From: an uncultured Rikenellaceae bacterium
Lineage (GTDB): Bacteria > Bacteroidota > Bacteroidia > Bacteroidales > VadinHA17
Length of the DNA: 64,000 nt
NCBI GenBank assembly: GCA_964639725.1
Contig: CAZXFB010000020.1
Coordinates: forward strand, 2,384-66,383
Direction of reading: 5' to 3'
The notes under the pieces are model-generated. The model made no database searches and was not told the DNA's origin. It was given only the letters and a program-made list of their open reading frames with translations. The position numbers and the translations under genes are program-made. Shown one piece after another: positions 19,370 through 27,498 of this stretch; position 1 is the stretch's first letter; each line of letters opens with the position of its first letter.

Positions 19370-19920
19370 AAACACTCGCTCTAAATATTCTTGATATTGC
19401 TCAGAATTCTATCAGGGCAAAGGCAACTCAAATAGTGATAAATATCTCAGAATCAAAAAAGGGGGATAATATGGAGATTAGCATAAATGACAATGGAATC
19501 GGAATAAATAAAAATATGATTAACAAGGTAACCGATCCGTTTATAACCAGCAGAAAAACCCGAAGAATCGGGATGGGACTCCCTCTTCTTAAATATCACG
19601 CAAAAATTGCAGGCGGGGATATGATAATCAAATCTCAGGAAAATAATGGGACCAGTGTTAATGCTACTTTCTCGCTCTCTCATTTTGACAGACAGCCTTT
19701 GGGTGATATAGCCGGAGTAATGACAATACTAATTGCTGCTAATCCAGATATATGCTTCCTATACTCCCATACAACAGATTTGGGAGAATACCGGTTCTCA
19801 TCCACAGAGACTAAAGAATTTCTTGAAGTCAATACATTGAATGATTATATCTTGCTCGATATGATAAAAAGTATGATAAATGAAAACCTCAGGGGAATTA
19901 GTGTATCAGATATGAATTAG
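19366..19920 (+). CDS. Stand-alone histidine-kinase-like ATPase (HATPase_c) protein
   Basis: N-box LDIAQNS, G1 NDNGIGI, G2 RIGMGLPLL. It has no DHp or receiver domain. A 4-nt overlap joins it to the PHP gene. Confidence 0.65.
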   Translation: MKTLALNILDIAQNSIRAKATQIVINISESKKGDNMEISINDNGIGINKNMINKVTDPFITSRKTRRIGMGLPLLKYHAKIAGGDMIIKSQENNGTSVNATFSLSHFDRQPLGDIAGVMTILIAANPDICFLYSHTTDLGEYRFSSTETKEFLEVNTLNDYILLDMIKSMINENLRGISVSDMN

Positions 19921-20016
19921 TAAAATAATTGCTAATTAACAGGATATTATAAATATTTTGAATAATTTTAAAGAATTGATAATGAGATTAATTGAATTAA
20001 TTTAATAATAGAGTGT

Positions 20017-20418
20017 ATGTCAAAAATTATGTCTCTGGCGGATCTTAAAAAGAAACGCGAAGAATTAAAGGGCGGTCTGGACATCCGTATCAAGGCTATT
20101 GATCCTGAGAACCACGTACAAGTCAAGGTTGCTATGGCAACCTGTGGTATTGCTTCCGGGGCAAAAGCTGTAATGGAGTTCTTTCTTGAACAACTTCAGC
20201 GCAGAAATATTGAAGCTGTAGTTACCCAGACCGGGTGTATGGGATACTGTTATGCGGAACCTACTATTGAAGTAAAACTTCCGGGCCAGGATCCCGTAGT
20301 ATTTGGTTTTGTGGATCTAAAAAGGGCCGACCAGGTCATTGAAAAGTACATTAAGACGGGTGAACTGATTGATGGTATCATCCCGGTGAATTATGAAACT
20401 ATTGACTTAAACGAATAA
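20017..20418 (+). CDS. Thioredoxin-like [2Fe-2S] ferredoxin (HndB-like accessory hydrogenase subunit)
   Basis: MATCGIASGA ... TGCMGYCYAEP is a thioredoxin-like ferredoxin Cys pattern. The gene lies immediately upstream of the NuoF-like subunit. Confidence 0.7.
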   Translation: MSKIMSLADLKKKREELKGGLDIRIKAIDPENHVQVKVAMATCGIASGAKAVMEFFLEQLQRRNIEAVVTQTGCMGYCYAEPTIEVKLPGQDPVVFGFVDLKRADQVIEKYIKTGELIDGIIPVNYETIDLNE

Positions 20419-20429
20419 GGAGGATAAAT

Positions 20430-22223
20430 ATGTCAAAATACAGTATGCATCTTCTGGTTTGTGGTGGCACAGGCTGTCACGCTTCTGAAAGTGATGCTAT
20501 TGTCTGCAATTTGAGAGATGAACTGGAAGCAAAAGGCTTGCAGGAGACAGTTCAGGTTATATTGACCGGATGTTTTGGTTTTTGTGAAAAAGGACCAATC
20601 GTCAAAGTAATGCCAGACAATACATTTTATGTTCAGGTAAAACCTGAGGACGCCCAGATAATTGTTGAGGAGCATGTTATAAAGGGAAGAAAAGTCACTA
20701 AACTTTTATATCATGATCCTATTAATAAAAAACCTGTTGAGGATTCCAAACACATGGGATTCTATAAAAAACAGATCAGGATCGCACTAAGAAACTGTGG
20801 TTTCATCAACCCTGAAAATATTGATGAATATATTGCCCGTGATGGATACCAGGCATTGGGTAAAGTTCTTACAGAAATGACGCCCGATGAAGTAATAAGG
20901 GAAATAAAAGAATCGGGACAAAGAGGCCGTGGGGGTGGTGGATTCCCAACAGGTCTTAAATGGGAGATTGCAAGAAGAAACGTTTCGGATGAGAAATATG
21001 TAGTATGTAATGCCGATGAAGGTGATCCCGGCGCATTTATGGACCGCTCGGTCCTTGAGGGCGATCCTCACTCTGTACTTGAAGCTATGGCTATTTGCGG
21101 TTATAGTATCGGTGCCGGTAATGGTCTCATTTACATTCGTGCTGAATACCCGCTTGCCATTGAACGGTTAAAAATAGCCATAAAACAGGCAATGGAAAAT
21201 GGTTTGCTTGGAGATAACATACTTGGAACAGGTTTCAATTTTGATATTACTATCCGATATGGGGCCGGAGCGTTTGTATGCGGAGAGGAGACTGCCCTGA
21301 TACACTCTATGGAAGGTCACAGGGGAGAACCTACGGTTAAACCACCATATCCTGCTGAATCCGGTTATCGAAACAAACCTACAAACGTCAATAATGTTGA
21401 AACATTTGCTTCCATTCCGGCAATAATTCTTAAAGGTGCCAAATGGTACAGCAGTATCGGAACAGCAAAGTCAAAAGGAACAAAAGTTTTTGCCCTTGCA
21501 GGAAAGGTTAATAATGTAGGTCTGATAGAAGTTCCAATGGGAACTACACTTCGGGAAGTTATCTTTGAGATTGGTGGTGGTATTAGACATGGTAAAAAAT
21601 TCAAAGGGGTGCAAACTGGTGGCCCGTCAGGCGGTTGTATGACAGAAAAACATCTTGACACTCCGATTGATTTCGATAATCTTATTGCAGCAGGTTCAAT
21701 GATGGGTTCAGGTGCAATGATAGTTCTGGATGAAGATGACTGTATGGTTTCAATGGCGAAATATTTTCTTGAGTTTACTGTTGAAGAATCATGTGGTAAA
21801 TGTGCCCCTTGCCGAATTGGAAATAAACGTCTACATGAACTACTTGGCCATATATGTGACGGAAAAGGTACTCTTGAGGATCTTGACAGGCTGAAGAACA
21901 TGAGTCTTGTTATAAAAGATACAGCTCTTTGCGGATTGGGACAGACATCCCCTAACCCGGTTCTCTCAATGATGGAAAACTTCAGGGAGGAATACGTAAC
22001 CCATGTAACTGCCAAAAAGTGTCCGGCTGGTCAATGCCGGAGCCTTATGGAATATGTTATTAATCCCGAGAATTGCGTTGGGTGTACCGCCTGCGCAAGA
22101 GTATGCCCTGTTAATGCTATATCAGGGGAAAGAAAAGAGGTGCATCTTATTAATCCAGCAATTTGCATTAAATGCGGTGCATGTATGGAGAAATGTAAGT
22201 TTGATGCAATTTTTATCAGATAA
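20430..22223 (+). CDS. hydB: [FeFe]-hydrogenase NuoF-like flavoprotein subunit (HydB/HndC)
   Basis: The N-terminal [2Fe-2S] domain is LVCGGTGCHA..GCFGFCEKGP. GRGGGGFPTGLKW is the FMN site. CGKCAPCR is the N3-type cluster. C-terminal CVGCTACARVCP and CIKCGACMEKC motifs follow. Confidence 0.9.
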   Translation: MSKYSMHLLVCGGTGCHASESDAIVCNLRDELEAKGLQETVQVILTGCFGFCEKGPIVKVMPDNTFYVQVKPEDAQIIVEEHVIKGRKVTKLLYHDPINKKPVEDSKHMGFYKKQIRIALRNCGFINPENIDEYIARDGYQALGKVLTEMTPDEVIREIKESGQRGRGGGGFPTGLKWEIARRNVSDEKYVVCNADEGDPGAFMDRSVLEGDPHSVLEAMAICGYSIGAGNGLIYIRAEYPLAIERLKIAIKQAMENGLLGDNILGTGFNFDITIRYGAGAFVCGEETALIHSMEGHRGEPTVKPPYPAESGYRNKPTNVNNVETFASIPAIILKGAKWYSSIGTAKSKGTKVFALAGKVNNVGLIEVPMGTTLREVIFEIGGGIRHGKKFKGVQTGGPSGGCMTEKHLDTPIDFDNLIAAGSMMGSGAMIVLDEDDCMVSMAKYFLEFTVEESCGKCAPCRIGNKRLHELLGHICDGKGTLEDLDRLKNMSLVIKDTALCGLGQTSPNPVLSMMENFREEYVTHVTAKKCPAGQCRSLMEYVINPENCVGCTACARVCPVNAISGERKEVHLINPAICIKCGACMEKCKFDAIFIR

Positions 22224-22234
22224 TAAGAAAAGTA

Positions 22235-24013
22235 ATGGAGAATATAAAGCTTACTATAGATAATAAGGAGATTGAAGTACCAAAGGGTACAACAATATAT
22301 AAAGCAGCAAAAGAACTGGGTATTGATATCCCGACACTATGTTATATGCATTTGCACGACCTTAACATAGAAAATAAGCCTGCAGGATGCAGGATTTGTG
22401 TTGCTGAAGTTGATGGTCGTCGTAACCTCGCTCCCACCTGTTCAACAAATTGCGAACAGGGAATGGTCGTAAAAACTCACACACCCAGAGTATTAAATGC
22501 CCGACGTACTGTAATGGAGTTTATACTTTCAGACCATCCCAAAGATTGTCTTGTGTGCTCTAAATCAGGAAATTGCGACCTTCAAAACATGGCTCATCGG
22601 CTTGGGATCAGAGAGATACCTGGAGCAGAATTTGCTGCAGTCTCAACTTACCGGAAAGATACATCTCCCTCAATTATCAGGGATCTGGATAAATGTATCA
22701 TGTGCCGCAGATGTGAGACAATGTGTAATGACGTTCAGACTGTAGGTGCCCTGTCAGCCATAAACCGTGGTTTTATGGCAACAGTTGCTCCTGCATTCGA
22801 ACAAAATCTCGAACATTCCACCTGTACATATTGTGGACAATGTGTTGCTGTATGTCCAACAGGCGCATTAACTGAGGTCAATCATGTGCCAAATGTTCTC
22901 AGAGCTCTTGTTGATCCGACCAAAACAGTTGTTGTGCAGACAGCTCCTGCAGTTCGTGTTGCGCTGGGAGAAGAGTTCGGACTTGAACCGGGAACAATTG
23001 TGACTGGAAAAATGGTAGCTGCTTTGCGGGCTCTTGGTTTTGATTATGTATTTGATACGGATTTTGCTGCTGACCTGACAATTATGGAAGAAGGGACAGA
23101 GTTACTCGGAAGGTTGAAACGTCATCTTGACGGAGATAAAACAGCCAGGATTCCGATATTGACATCATGTTGTCCCGGCTGGGTAAACTTTTTTGAGGAG
23201 TATTTTCCCGATCTCAAGGACGTACCATCAACTTCAAAATCGCCTCAGCAAATGTTCGGTGCTATAGCAAAAACATATTTTGCGGATAAGATTGGTATAA
23301 ACCGTAAAGATATGGTCGTTGTTTCCATAATGCCATGCCTTGCCAAAAAATATGAGTGCCAGAGAGAGGAATTTTCTGTTGATAATAATCCTGATGTTGA
23401 TTTTTCAATTTCAACCAGGGAATTAGCTTCATTTATCAAGCAGGCGAATATTGATATTAAAAACCTGCATGATGAGGAGTTTGACTCCCCGCTTGGTGAA
23501 TCGACCGGTGCCGGAGTTATTTTTGGCGCAACCGGCGGAGTAATTGAAGCTGCATCCCGTACTGCTTATGAGCTATTCACAGGAAAAAAACTTGAGAGGT
23601 TGGACTTCACGGAACTAAGGGGTATGGAAGGTGTACGTGAAGCTACAATTGACTTTAATGGCACACCTGTCAGGATTGGAATAGCACATGGCCTTGGTAA
23701 CGCAAGAAAGCTTCTTAATGATGTAAGATCAGGACAATCATTATTTCATGCAATTGAAGTTATGGCATGCCCCGGAGGTTGTATCGGAGGTGGTGGACAA
23801 CCACTGCATCATGGTGACTCGGGGATAATAAAGTCAAGAGCTGCAGCAATTTATGCTGAAGACAGAAAGAAACCCCTGAGGAAATCTCATGAAAATCCTT
23901 TCATAATTAAACTGTATGAGGAGTTCCTGGGAGAACCTAATAGCGAGAAAGCTCATCATTTGCTTCATACGAAGTATTTTGACAAAAAGAAAAAGATCAT
24001 AATTAAACAATAG
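22235..24013 (+). CDS. hydA: [FeFe]-hydrogenase catalytic subunit (HydA/HndD)
   Basis: All three H-cluster motifs are present: TSCCPGW, MPCLAKKYE and EVMACPGGCIGGGGQP. There is an N-terminal [2Fe-2S], a His-ligated cluster (HPKDCLVCSKSGNC) and 2x[4Fe-4S]. Confidence 0.92.
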   Translation: MENIKLTIDNKEIEVPKGTTIYKAAKELGIDIPTLCYMHLHDLNIENKPAGCRICVAEVDGRRNLAPTCSTNCEQGMVVKTHTPRVLNARRTVMEFILSDHPKDCLVCSKSGNCDLQNMAHRLGIREIPGAEFAAVSTYRKDTSPSIIRDLDKCIMCRRCETMCNDVQTVGALSAINRGFMATVAPAFEQNLEHSTCTYCGQCVAVCPTGALTEVNHVPNVLRALVDPTKTVVVQTAPAVRVALGEEFGLEPGTIVTGKMVAALRALGFDYVFDTDFAADLTIMEEGTELLGRLKRHLDGDKTARIPILTSCCPGWVNFFEEYFPDLKDVPSTSKSPQQMFGAIAKTYFADKIGINRKDMVVVSIMPCLAKKYECQREEFSVDNNPDVDFSISTRELASFIKQANIDIKNLHDEEFDSPLGESTGAGVIFGATGGVIEAASRTAYELFTGKKLERLDFTELRGMEGVREATIDFNGTPVRIGIAHGLGNARKLLNDVRSGQSLFHAIEVMACPGGCIGGGGQPLHHGDSGIIKSRAAAIYAEDRKKPLRKSHENPFIIKLYEEFLGEPNSEKAHHLLHTKYFDKKKKIIIKQ

Positions 24014-24049
24014 AGTTATACCGTTAAGTCAAAAATAAAATTCAAGGTT

Positions 24050-24532
24050 ATGTCAAGTATAAAAATTGAATTAAGGAACGAGGATGTAGATTTTATAAAA
24101 AAAGTATGTTCCTCATTTAATAATGATCCTCAGGAACTTATTAATGTCCTGCACAGTTGTCAGGAACATTTTGGTTATCTGCCTGCCGAAGTACAGGAAG
24201 TTGTGTCTGATCAGCTAACCTTACCGGTTGCAAAAATCTATGGAGTAGTGACATTCTACTCATTCTTCTCCATGACGCCAAAGGGAAAACATCCTATAAG
24301 CATATGTATGGGAACAGCCTGTTATGTAAGGGGTGGTGAGAAAGTTCTGGATGAATTTAAAAAGGAACTTGGTATACAGGTAGGTCAGGTCACAAAAGAT
24401 AATAAATTTTCACTTTCAAGCCTTCGTTGTGTTGGTGCATGTGGATTAGCGCCGGTTGTTCTTGTAGGTGACAAAACCTACGGGAGAGTAGCTCCGGACG
24501 ATGTGAAAAATATATTAAAAGAATACGAATAA
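24050..24532 (+). CDS. hydC: [FeFe]-hydrogenase NuoE-like [2Fe-2S] subunit (HydC/HndA)
   Basis: CMGTACYVRG and CVGACGLAPV form the NuoE-type Cys pattern. Size is 160 aa. Confidence 0.85.
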   Translation: MSSIKIELRNEDVDFIKKVCSSFNNDPQELINVLHSCQEHFGYLPAEVQEVVSDQLTLPVAKIYGVVTFYSFFSMTPKGKHPISICMGTACYVRGGEKVLDEFKKELGIQVGQVTKDNKFSLSSLRCVGACGLAPVVLVGDKTYGRVAPDDVKNILKEYE

Positions 24533-24563
24533 AAAGTTTCTAATTGGTTTCTGGGTTTTATAA

Positions 24564-24598
24564 GACCGGGGCTATGGTTTGTCCCGGTTTTATTTTTC
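24564..24598 (+). terminator. Rho-independent terminator between the convergent hydrogenase and cytochrome operons
   Basis: ACCGGG (24565-24570) pairs with CCCGGT (24583-24588) and is followed by TTTTATTTTT. Confidence 0.6.
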
Positions 24599-24627
24599 TA
24601 ACTTAAGTATAGAAAATTGTCCAAAAA

Positions 24628-26247
24628 TCAAAACCTCTTTCGTACCTGCAGATACAACCTGTTATATTTGTCCCTTTCCTCAAATGTTCCCTCATAACTA
24701 ACTGATAATGATAAGTTTTTTACGGGTTGCCATGATAAACTCACCTCCCCTACATCCTGATGTATATCGAGAATGTTTTCAGGAAGAGTGTAATCAACAT
24801 AACGATAACCAATACCTGTTTGAACCTTACTTCTGAAAAAATCTCGGGAAAAGTTTAAACTGAATATCTTTCCGTTAATATAACCCGACAATAAGTATGT
24901 CGCAGAAATGGTTGAAGAGATGTTTAATGCCGGAATCTGGTTGTAAGTAAGATAACCATTGATATTTTCAGAACGATGAGGGTCCGATTTCAGAAAGCGA
25001 TAACCAGTCTGCAAACCAAACATTATATCCCTGGTAATCCGATAGTTGACCTGAACCCGAAAACCCTGTCTCAATTCATTTTCCAGAATGCGGTCAACGA
25101 ATGTCTTGTATGTCTCATAATATATAATATTTTTCCTCGCGTCATAAGACCCGTAAAGAGTAAGTTTCTTTCCTGGTTTATAACTCAGAGATAAGTAAAG
25201 ACCTGTCAGGTTCAGAGTATTCTGAGCCTTACTTGTTAATGAATCTCCTTTAAGCTGATAAAGATCTGCTTCTAAAGTGGTGAAAAAGGAAAGGTTATTA
25301 ATTAATGAATTTGAATGTTGAAAATAAATGAATCGACGGTCGGTTTTTGAATTATTGGTTTGCTGAATTAGAGCCAGCGAACTCTCGCTATAGCTGTTCT
25401 GTGTTTTAGTATTATAGGCAACATAGGTACCATATTGAAGCAGCCTAATATTAAAGCTATAATTCAAGTAATCAGGCCTTGTACCAATAAATGCACCCAT
25501 GGAAAACCTGTTTAAGGATTTCTCAAATTGCAAACCGTCAATTGCTCCGACACTTGATATTCTCGGGTTTATCTTTCGTCCCAGACTGATCTGAGTAGTT
25601 TTATTAAGGTCATACTTTACGGCCAGGCTAAAAATCTTGAGAGCATTAAAAACGTTGTTTTTTACCTCTTCCCATTCACCTGCCTTGTGCCTGAACGATA
25701 AATAGCTCTCAAGGGAGAGCTTTGAATTAGCGATATTCCGGGCATCTAATGAAAATGTATAGCGAAACCTCTGTGATTTACTTGTATTTGTACCTGAATT
25801 ATCGGAATAGGAATTCACTGAAACTGTTCCCCTGATTTTTTGTTTTAAGCCATCAGCGTGTGTGGGCATATTGGTTGAATCAATAGAGGCAGCAGGTATC
25901 TTTTCAACCTTCGCTATACTTTCGATAATCTCATTATCAGATTTCCTATCAGTGACTTTCACTCTTGCGATAATAAGATCAGCAACTAAAAAACTTTTCA
26001 TGGATAGAGGTGAGCAGACACACGAAGATGAGGATAAATTCTTTACCATAAGTGCAGGTAAAAAGTTACCATCTGACTGTGTAAAAAGTGTATCCCCTGG
26101 TGATATTCCTTTTGTAGATTTAAATTTAACATAAATATTCTGGGAACTGACAAATGATACTTGTCCGGACAAACTTTCCAATAATGTCTGACCAGGCAAT
26201 TCAACACATGAAATATATAGCAGAAATATCAGAATGGTTTTTCTCAT
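24628..26247 (-). CDS. Putative outer-membrane beta-barrel protein (last gene of the cytochrome operon)
   Basis: Signal peptide MRKTILIFLLYIS... Long stretches have alternating hydrophobic/polar residues rich in Y, S, N and G. The C-terminal residue is Phe (..YLQVRKRF). The family was not recognised. Confidence 0.55.
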   Translation of the reverse strand: MRKTILIFLLYISCVELPGQTLLESLSGQVSFVSSQNIYVKFKSTKGISPGDTLFTQSDGNFLPALMVKNLSSSSCVCSPLSMKSFLVADLIIARVKVTDRKSDNEIIESIAKVEKIPAASIDSTNMPTHADGLKQKIRGTVSVNSYSDNSGTNTSKSQRFRYTFSLDARNIANSKLSLESYLSFRHKAGEWEEVKNNVFNALKIFSLAVKYDLNKTTQISLGRKINPRISSVGAIDGLQFEKSLNRFSMGAFIGTRPDYLNYSFNIRLLQYGTYVAYNTKTQNSYSESSLALIQQTNNSKTDRRFIYFQHSNSLINNLSFFTTLEADLYQLKGDSLTSKAQNTLNLTGLYLSLSYKPGKKLTLYGSYDARKNIIYYETYKTFVDRILENELRQGFRVQVNYRITRDIMFGLQTGYRFLKSDPHRSENINGYLTYNQIPALNISSTISATYLLSGYINGKIFSLNFSRDFFRSKVQTGIGYRYVDYTLPENILDIHQDVGEVSLSWQPVKNLSLSVSYEGTFEERDKYNRLYLQVRKRF

Positions 26248-26256
26248 AAAATAAAT

Positions 26257-27498
26257 TTAGTCTGCATTTCCTTTAGGATGGCATCTGAAACAGGAGGCAC
26301 TGTCATATGAATAACCTGATTGACCCCGGTGTTCCTTATCCATATCCGTTTTATTGTGTTCGTGACAGCTTATACAGGTAAATTGTGAATAATTTGACGC
26401 ATTGGAATGACAGTCAGTACATGAATTCCATTCTCCCCTATGTTTCCCTGAATAGATCGGGAAAGATCTGCTATCATGTTGTGCATAAGATGCCGGTTTC
26501 CATTCAGGATTTGTAGTATGGCACTCTGTACAGGTAACAGAAAAACTCAATGTCTGGTGTTTCGGATTAATGGAATTATTATAATCATCCTTATGGCAGC
26601 TGAAGCAATCGGTTGGAGTAGATGCATAGTTGCCACCAATATGACAATCGATACATGCCGGAGTGGAATGACCAAGTGTAAGAGGAAAACGGCTGTGATC
26701 AAAACTTGCGGGTTTCCAACCAGGTGCAAGGGTATGGCAGTTTCCGCATGTAACAGGAAAATTGGAGGCAGTATGGTTTGGATTAATAGTTGCAAGGTAA
26801 TCCTTCTGATGGCATGAATTACATTCAGGCTGAGCGTCAGAATAGCGACCAGTTGTATGACAGTCAGTACATTTTACTGTTGAATGCCCTTGTAACAGGG
26901 CGAAGAAATTGTGATTAAAACCTGCCCCAGACCACTGAAATGAGTTTACTGGGTGACAGGTTGAACAATTTTCTGAAAATCCAGCATCAATATGTTTCGG
27001 ATTTGTAGTAGCCATAAAATCCTGACGGTGGCAATCGATACAGTTTGTACCGGTAACATCAAACCGGACAAGGTTCTCCGACTTGTGACATAAATAGCAA
27101 TCTGCAGATTTGTGAGCTCCTAAAAGAGGAAACCGGCTTGTCTGGTGAATTCCACTGATATTATTTACCAGCCATGAGTCGGGCGTATGACAACGTGAAC
27201 AATCTGAACCAACTGTAGACTGATGCACATCATTATGACATTGATAACATTCAGTATGTGCTTCTGAAAAAACAAGCGAAGGATGACAAAGTTTGCAGGT
27301 AACCTCATTATGTTGTCCAACCAGGGGAAACTTACTCTTTTTGTGATCAAAAGAGTAAATCTCTTTATCAACCTGCCATCCTTTAGAGCTGTGGCAGGAG
27401 CTGCAACTTTCCTTTAAAGAAGTACCGTGAGGCGATTTGGTCTTCTGGTTTGAAAAAAAGAGTATTGCAAATAAGATCAAAAGTGACAGGATTCGCAT
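26257..27498 (-). CDS. Multiheme c-type cytochrome, 16 CxxCH motifs
   Basis: Signal peptide, then 16 CxxCH motifs counted in 413 aa. Modules of the form F-D/N-H..F.L.G.H....CxxCH repeat. Confidence 0.9.
   Translation of the reverse strand: MRILSLLILFAILFFSNQKTKSPHGTSLKESCSSCHSSKGWQVDKEIYSFDHKKSKFPLVGQHNEVTCKLCHPSLVFSEAHTECYQCHNDVHQSTVGSDCSRCHTPDSWLVNNISGIHQTSRFPLLGAHKSADCYLCHKSENLVRFDVTGTNCIDCHRQDFMATTNPKHIDAGFSENCSTCHPVNSFQWSGAGFNHNFFALLQGHSTVKCTDCHTTGRYSDAQPECNSCHQKDYLATINPNHTASNFPVTCGNCHTLAPGWKPASFDHSRFPLTLGHSTPACIDCHIGGNYASTPTDCFSCHKDDYNNSINPKHQTLSFSVTCTECHTTNPEWKPASYAQHDSRSFPIYSGKHRGEWNSCTDCHSNASNYSQFTCISCHEHNKTDMDKEHRGQSGYSYDSASCFRCHPKGNAD

Noticed and set aside
20412-20429. A strong AGGAGG Shine-Dalgarno sequence before hydB, considered as evidence for horizontal transfer of the hydrogenase from Firmicutes.
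   Set aside because: Only one of the ten genes in the unit has such a site. A single occurrence is not evidence of origin. It is mentioned only as a detail under the hydrogenase finding.
21365-22015. A 216-aa ORF antisense to hydB.
   Set aside because: It lies wholly inside a gene that is motif-confirmed on the other strand. Its translation is low-complexity (S/P/R/I-rich) with no motif. It is a typical shadow ORF.
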